Assembly: GCA_964016885.1 (NCBI GenBank)
Contig: OZ024745.1
Span: 69,750,001 to 69,814,000 of the forward strand
Length of the DNA stretch: 64,000 bases
Direction: 5' to 3'
Origin: Eledone cirrhosa
Taxonomy: Eukaryota
In this document: in pieces, positions 58,118 through 64,000 of the stretch
Position numbering within the stretch: position 1 is the first letter of the stretch
Layout: every line of letters begins with the position of its first letter
Translations under genes and position numbers: made by a program
Notes under the pieces: generated by a model
The model's input: the letters and a program-made list of their open reading frames with translations, nothing else
Database searches by the model: none
What the model was told of the DNA's origin: nothing

Positions 58118-58123
<6 letters not shown>
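56501..58123. repeat. ~660-bp hammerhead-containing tandem repeat (about 2.15 units, 56700-58123) with an inverted 200-bp head (56501-56702)
   Basis: TAGCCTGGTCTATTCG recurs at 56700, 57362 and 58021; 56501-56702 is the reverse complement of part of the unit. Confidence 0.9.
57102..57189 (+). ncRNA. Type I hammerhead (second copy 57762-57849)
   Basis: GCTTC-CTGA(C/T)GA-ATCCG...CGGAC-GAAA-CCATGG-TA-GAGGT; palindromic stem III ACCATGGT; long stem II. Confidence 0.8.
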
Positions 58124-58189
<66 letters not shown>

Positions 58190-58224
58190 CATATCCATAC
58201 ATACGCATACATATACATACATAT

Positions 58225-60128
<1,904 letters not shown>

Positions 60129-60158
60129 TGTATATATACATATATATATAAGTGTATG

Positions 60159-60260
<102 letters not shown>

Positions 60261-61302
60261 TAGAAATATATATATATACATACACTTATATGTGTATATA
60301 CACATATATATAGATATATAAAGAGAGGGTTCATGTTATACTATATATCACACTTAAAGTGCGTGTATGCGTTTATTATAATATAGCTGTTAAAGATGAC
60401 TTGCTCTAACTAAATTATTGAGTACATTGCTTTGGACAATTCTTGTAAAATCTTTCTCTCTATATATGTATACGGTATATATATATATGTGTGTGTGTGG
60501 AGGGTGTATGTTTGTGCATGTTTGTGTGTATGTGTGTTTGTGCGTGTGTCTGTGCATATACGTGTGTGCTCGTGTGTGAATACATGTCATATTACGAACC
60601 CACTCAGATTTGAATATTATGATGAAGTATATAAGTGCAACAATTAAAATAATATCCTTGGAATATTAAGTGCGTTAATATTCTATTAAGGAAATTCTGT
60701 GAAAATTTCGTATTTAACTTCCAATGAAAATATATTATAATGCTTTCATGTTATACTGTTATTAGAGTTGAGGGCACTATTGTAGGTTTATTATTATTGG
60801 CTTACCAATAAATCATATAGTCTTTTAAGTTACTGCATAGAATGACTTCATTCAAATGGTATGTGATATTATATATAGCTAGAATATCAGTAAGAGCAAG
60901 TGGTACATAAGAAAACCAAGGAATTTTACTTTTGCTGGGGTGTCTGGGGTGTCTGGAGGAGGTTATAGTTCACTTCGGTTTCACAGCACTTCCAAATTCG
61001 CAGGGATTTATGACTTTGATACTATTTAAACTGTTTGTTAGGTCGATTTCTGTAGGAGTGACATAATCATATAGAGAGCATCAAATCTTTCACGTTCTGG
61101 GAAGGAGAACTGAGCGTAATATTTCAAGAAGAATGTTTAATTAGAGATGACCTGAACAGAGGGGCTATGAAAATCAGCGATAGTGTTGGTCTTACTCTCA
61201 AGTTCTTTTATTCAGTATTATATATATATGTATATATATATATATATATAATTATAAAATGTGGAGAAGGAGCACATGAGTTGGAATATATATATATATA
61301 TA

Positions 61303-62117
61303 CTAGCAGTGGTACCCGGCGTTGCACGGGATAAGGTATTTTGGAACGCGGGCCGCCAACAGACCTAATCATGGAAAAACTGCATGCCTGGACAATATGT
61401 AAAGAAAATAAACCGAATACTCTAATGGCAGGATAATCTTTAAGATTTTACTCGATGAAGCAGGAAAAATGCAGGTTTTCACCTAATGCAGGCCCTAGGG
61501 GATCTGCATAATATGCCTTGAAATTTCGGGAAAAAATCGGCTAGACTTAACGCCTCAAAAAAGCTCTTAAAAGCTGAAAAAATGAAGTTTCTCACCCAAT
61601 TCGAGCCCAAGCCATAAAAAAGTTGGATTTTCTTTGCTCACGCTATGAAGAAGAGACTCACTAATACATAGTTACAATTTCAAGGAAATCGTTGGGACGT
61701 AACGCCTAAAAAAAACCCTAAAAAACGCAGTTTTTCACCTAATCCGGGCCCTAGGGGATCAAAAAGTGGAATTTGTGTATATGCAACAAATAATACACAT
61801 ACACACACACAGACATCCTCAGGGAAGTGACGTAATTCAGACAGCCAGACATACGGACAGATATTATAAGGACGCGACGTTATATGTATGTATCTATCTA
61901 AAAGGAGAAAGACTAAGAATTATAGAGAGAGATCGCTAAATCGCCTAATGCGTTCCCCAGGGCATTGAAAATTTGAAATTATATTTGCTCAGAACACTCC
62001 CTGAAACATAAGTGTTACATGTGTAAAGTTTGAAAACGGTCGGTTGGGTGTTTCTCGAGTTTTAGGGATTCAAACTCACACACACACAGACAGACATCCT
62101 CAATTTTTATATATAGA
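61303..62117 (-). mobile_element. Non-autonomous Helitron-like element 1
   Basis: Minus strand starts TCTATATATAAAA..GTCTGTCTG and ends with hairpin CCCGTGCAACGCCGGG, 8 nt, CTAG, followed by T. Confidence 0.7.
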
Positions 62118-63041
62118 CTAGCAGAAAACCACCCGGTGGGCGGTTTTCTGCTAGCAAATCTAGTGTATATACTGATATTGTTGAGATTTGGATGAGAAAT
62201 TTTGTTCACCGTCTCTCGGTGTGTCTTTTATGCATGTATAAATATATGTTATCTATACGATGAAATCTTTGAAATAAATATATGTTAAAATGAAAAAGGT
62301 GAAAATAAATAACTGGTGGTTAGAAAAAAAATATTCCTATGAAATTTTAATCATACCATTAGGTGTGAATAAGGAAATATTTTTTTATTGTCAAAACAAA
62401 TGTTCAAAAGTTAAACTTCAATTTTTTAGAATTATTTCCAATTTTTTCATGAAATTGAACACTGGACATTGGCTGCTGGAAATGGAAATTAAATCGTATT
62501 TAATTGTATTTAAATTTCTAACATTATTTTATTATTTATATTTTTTCAATAAGAAATAAAAAAAACAACAACAAAAATTGAATAAAAAAATTGAACAAAT
62601 CAAACGTAGGTTATGGAACTGCGCAATCTGATTAATAAATTACCTCATCAGCAGCAACCTTCTTCAAATGGTCCTTATTATCAGCAGCAACAACCACAAA
62701 TTCGATGGCAACCTTCTTCGCATGGTGTCAAGTCAGAACCGCCTCGAACTGGTTACTTCTGGCTTGTGCAAGGTGTCTCTATAGCAACCAGCGATTCCCT
62801 CGGCCTCAGTGACCAAAGTCAGTGGAGAGGGGAAGGTAATGTTTCTATAAAGGAAGGGGAAGGTAATATTTCTGTAGCACGTGTTTTAGCGTCTATTCAC
62901 TCTCTCTCCCCCTCTCTCCCTCCCGCTATCCTCCTCTCGTAGTCTGTCTCTTTCTTTCACTCGCACTCTCTCTCTCTAATGCACGTGTTTCCACTGTCGG
63001 ACAGACAGACAGAGAAATTGCTGGTTATATATATAAGTAGA
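62118..63041 (-). mobile_element. Non-autonomous Helitron-like element 2
   Basis: Minus strand A|TCTACTTATATATAT..CTGTCTGTCTGTC start; ends in a hairpin with terminal CTAG abutting the TC of element 1. Confidence 0.55.
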
Positions 63042-63369
63042 TGAAAATAGATAGAAAAAGACGATTATTAGGAAGAAGAAAAAAATGTTTTCTCTTTTTT
63101 CTGGATTAGAAAATGTTTATAACAAAATATTTTACTTTGTGTGAAGTGTTTAAGGTATTAGTTAATTTATTAATTAATTAACAATGGCATTTATTTATTT
63201 ATTTATTTATATATTTAATAATCGTCTATTACCGGTTTCAGCACTTTATGCATTATCAAAGGGGGTAATTTGTATTGGTATAAAATGTTGGAGAGAAAAC
63301 AATGTCATGTTGAACATGTTAAGGAAATGGGAAAGAAAGTATATTATTTACAAACAAGGTTTTTTAAGT

Positions 63370-63518
63370 AAAAAGAAAAAAGAAAAAAGAAAAAAGAAAA
63401 AAGAAAAAAGAAAAAAGAAAAAAGAAAAAAGAAAAAAGAAAAAAGAAAAAAGAAAAGAGAAAAAAGAAAAAAGAAAAAAGAAAAAAGAAAAAAGAAAAAA
63501 GAAAAAAAGAAAAAAAGA
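63370..63518. repeat. (AAAAAAG)n heptamer repeat
   Basis: Direct reading. Confidence 0.95.
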
Positions 63519-63773
63519 AGTTATTTGGAACATGATAAGGTAATGGGAAAGAAATAATTTTATTTACAGCATAGTTCTTGAGGATAAGCAGTTCAAAATG
63601 TGTTATTATAGCAAGAGTGCTTAGTTGATCCATGATCGAGGCAAAGGTTGTCTGGGGTTTGATATGATTTCCATTTTTAGAGAGTTAATATGCAGGGGGA
63701 GGTAATTCAGGGTGGTCACGTAACTCTTTAGAGAACATATGGATTGGGCTTTGGTTCATTGTTCGTTCCATTT

Positions 63774-64000
63774 TTAGTTTTGTCCGAAGTTTAGTCCATT
63801 AAGTAGAGGTTGGAATTTGTTAATGAAGTACATTTCCTTATTGGTACGATGGATGAAAGAAGCGTTGTCTATGAATTTGTAAATGATGAAAATTTTAGAG
63901 TTTGGATGTTGGTTAGGTGTACACTTGTCGATATGTTCACTAAAAGCAATCTTTCTGTATTCCTGTATTTTGATTTGTGATCTATGGACGGTCATACGTT
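63774..64000 (-). pseudogene. C-terminus of a Penelope-like GIY-YIG endonuclease (non-Naiad type), running off the window edge
   Basis: RMTVHRSQIK..EYR..AFSEHIDKC...KIF..YK...R..KEMYFINKFQPLLN. Confidence 0.6.

Noticed and set aside
62613-62942. 109-aa Q-rich ORF
   Set aside because: Lies inside a Helitron-like element, is built from short internal repeats, and has no recognisable domain

Overview
AT-rich, microsatellite-saturated eukaryotic intergenic or intronic DNA. The SINE families look like those of coleoid cephalopods (octopus-like; this is an inference). No intact host protein-coding gene is recognisable, and most ORFs in the track are translations of (TA)n/(CT)n repeats. The window is a mosaic of retroelement remnants: several Penelope-like elements (Naiad-type RT/GIY-YIG), CRE-, R4/Dong- and RTE-type LINE fragments, tRNA-derived SINEs and two non-autonomous Helitrons. 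The main signal is self-cleaving RNA. A near-perfect 474-bp tandem array (10077-14560, about 9.5 copies, inverted at about 11490) carries a minimal type I hammerhead ribozyme in every full unit, so it looks like a non-LTR retrozyme. A second, unrelated ~660-bp hammerhead array with the same inverted-head plus tandem architecture lies at 56501-58123. About six more hammerhead families occur elsewhere, including a U3-A8 core variant and a variant with an extra base after A9. An RTE-derived non-autonomous element may carry a degenerate HDV-like ribozyme. All structures were read by eye; none was computationally folded or tested.
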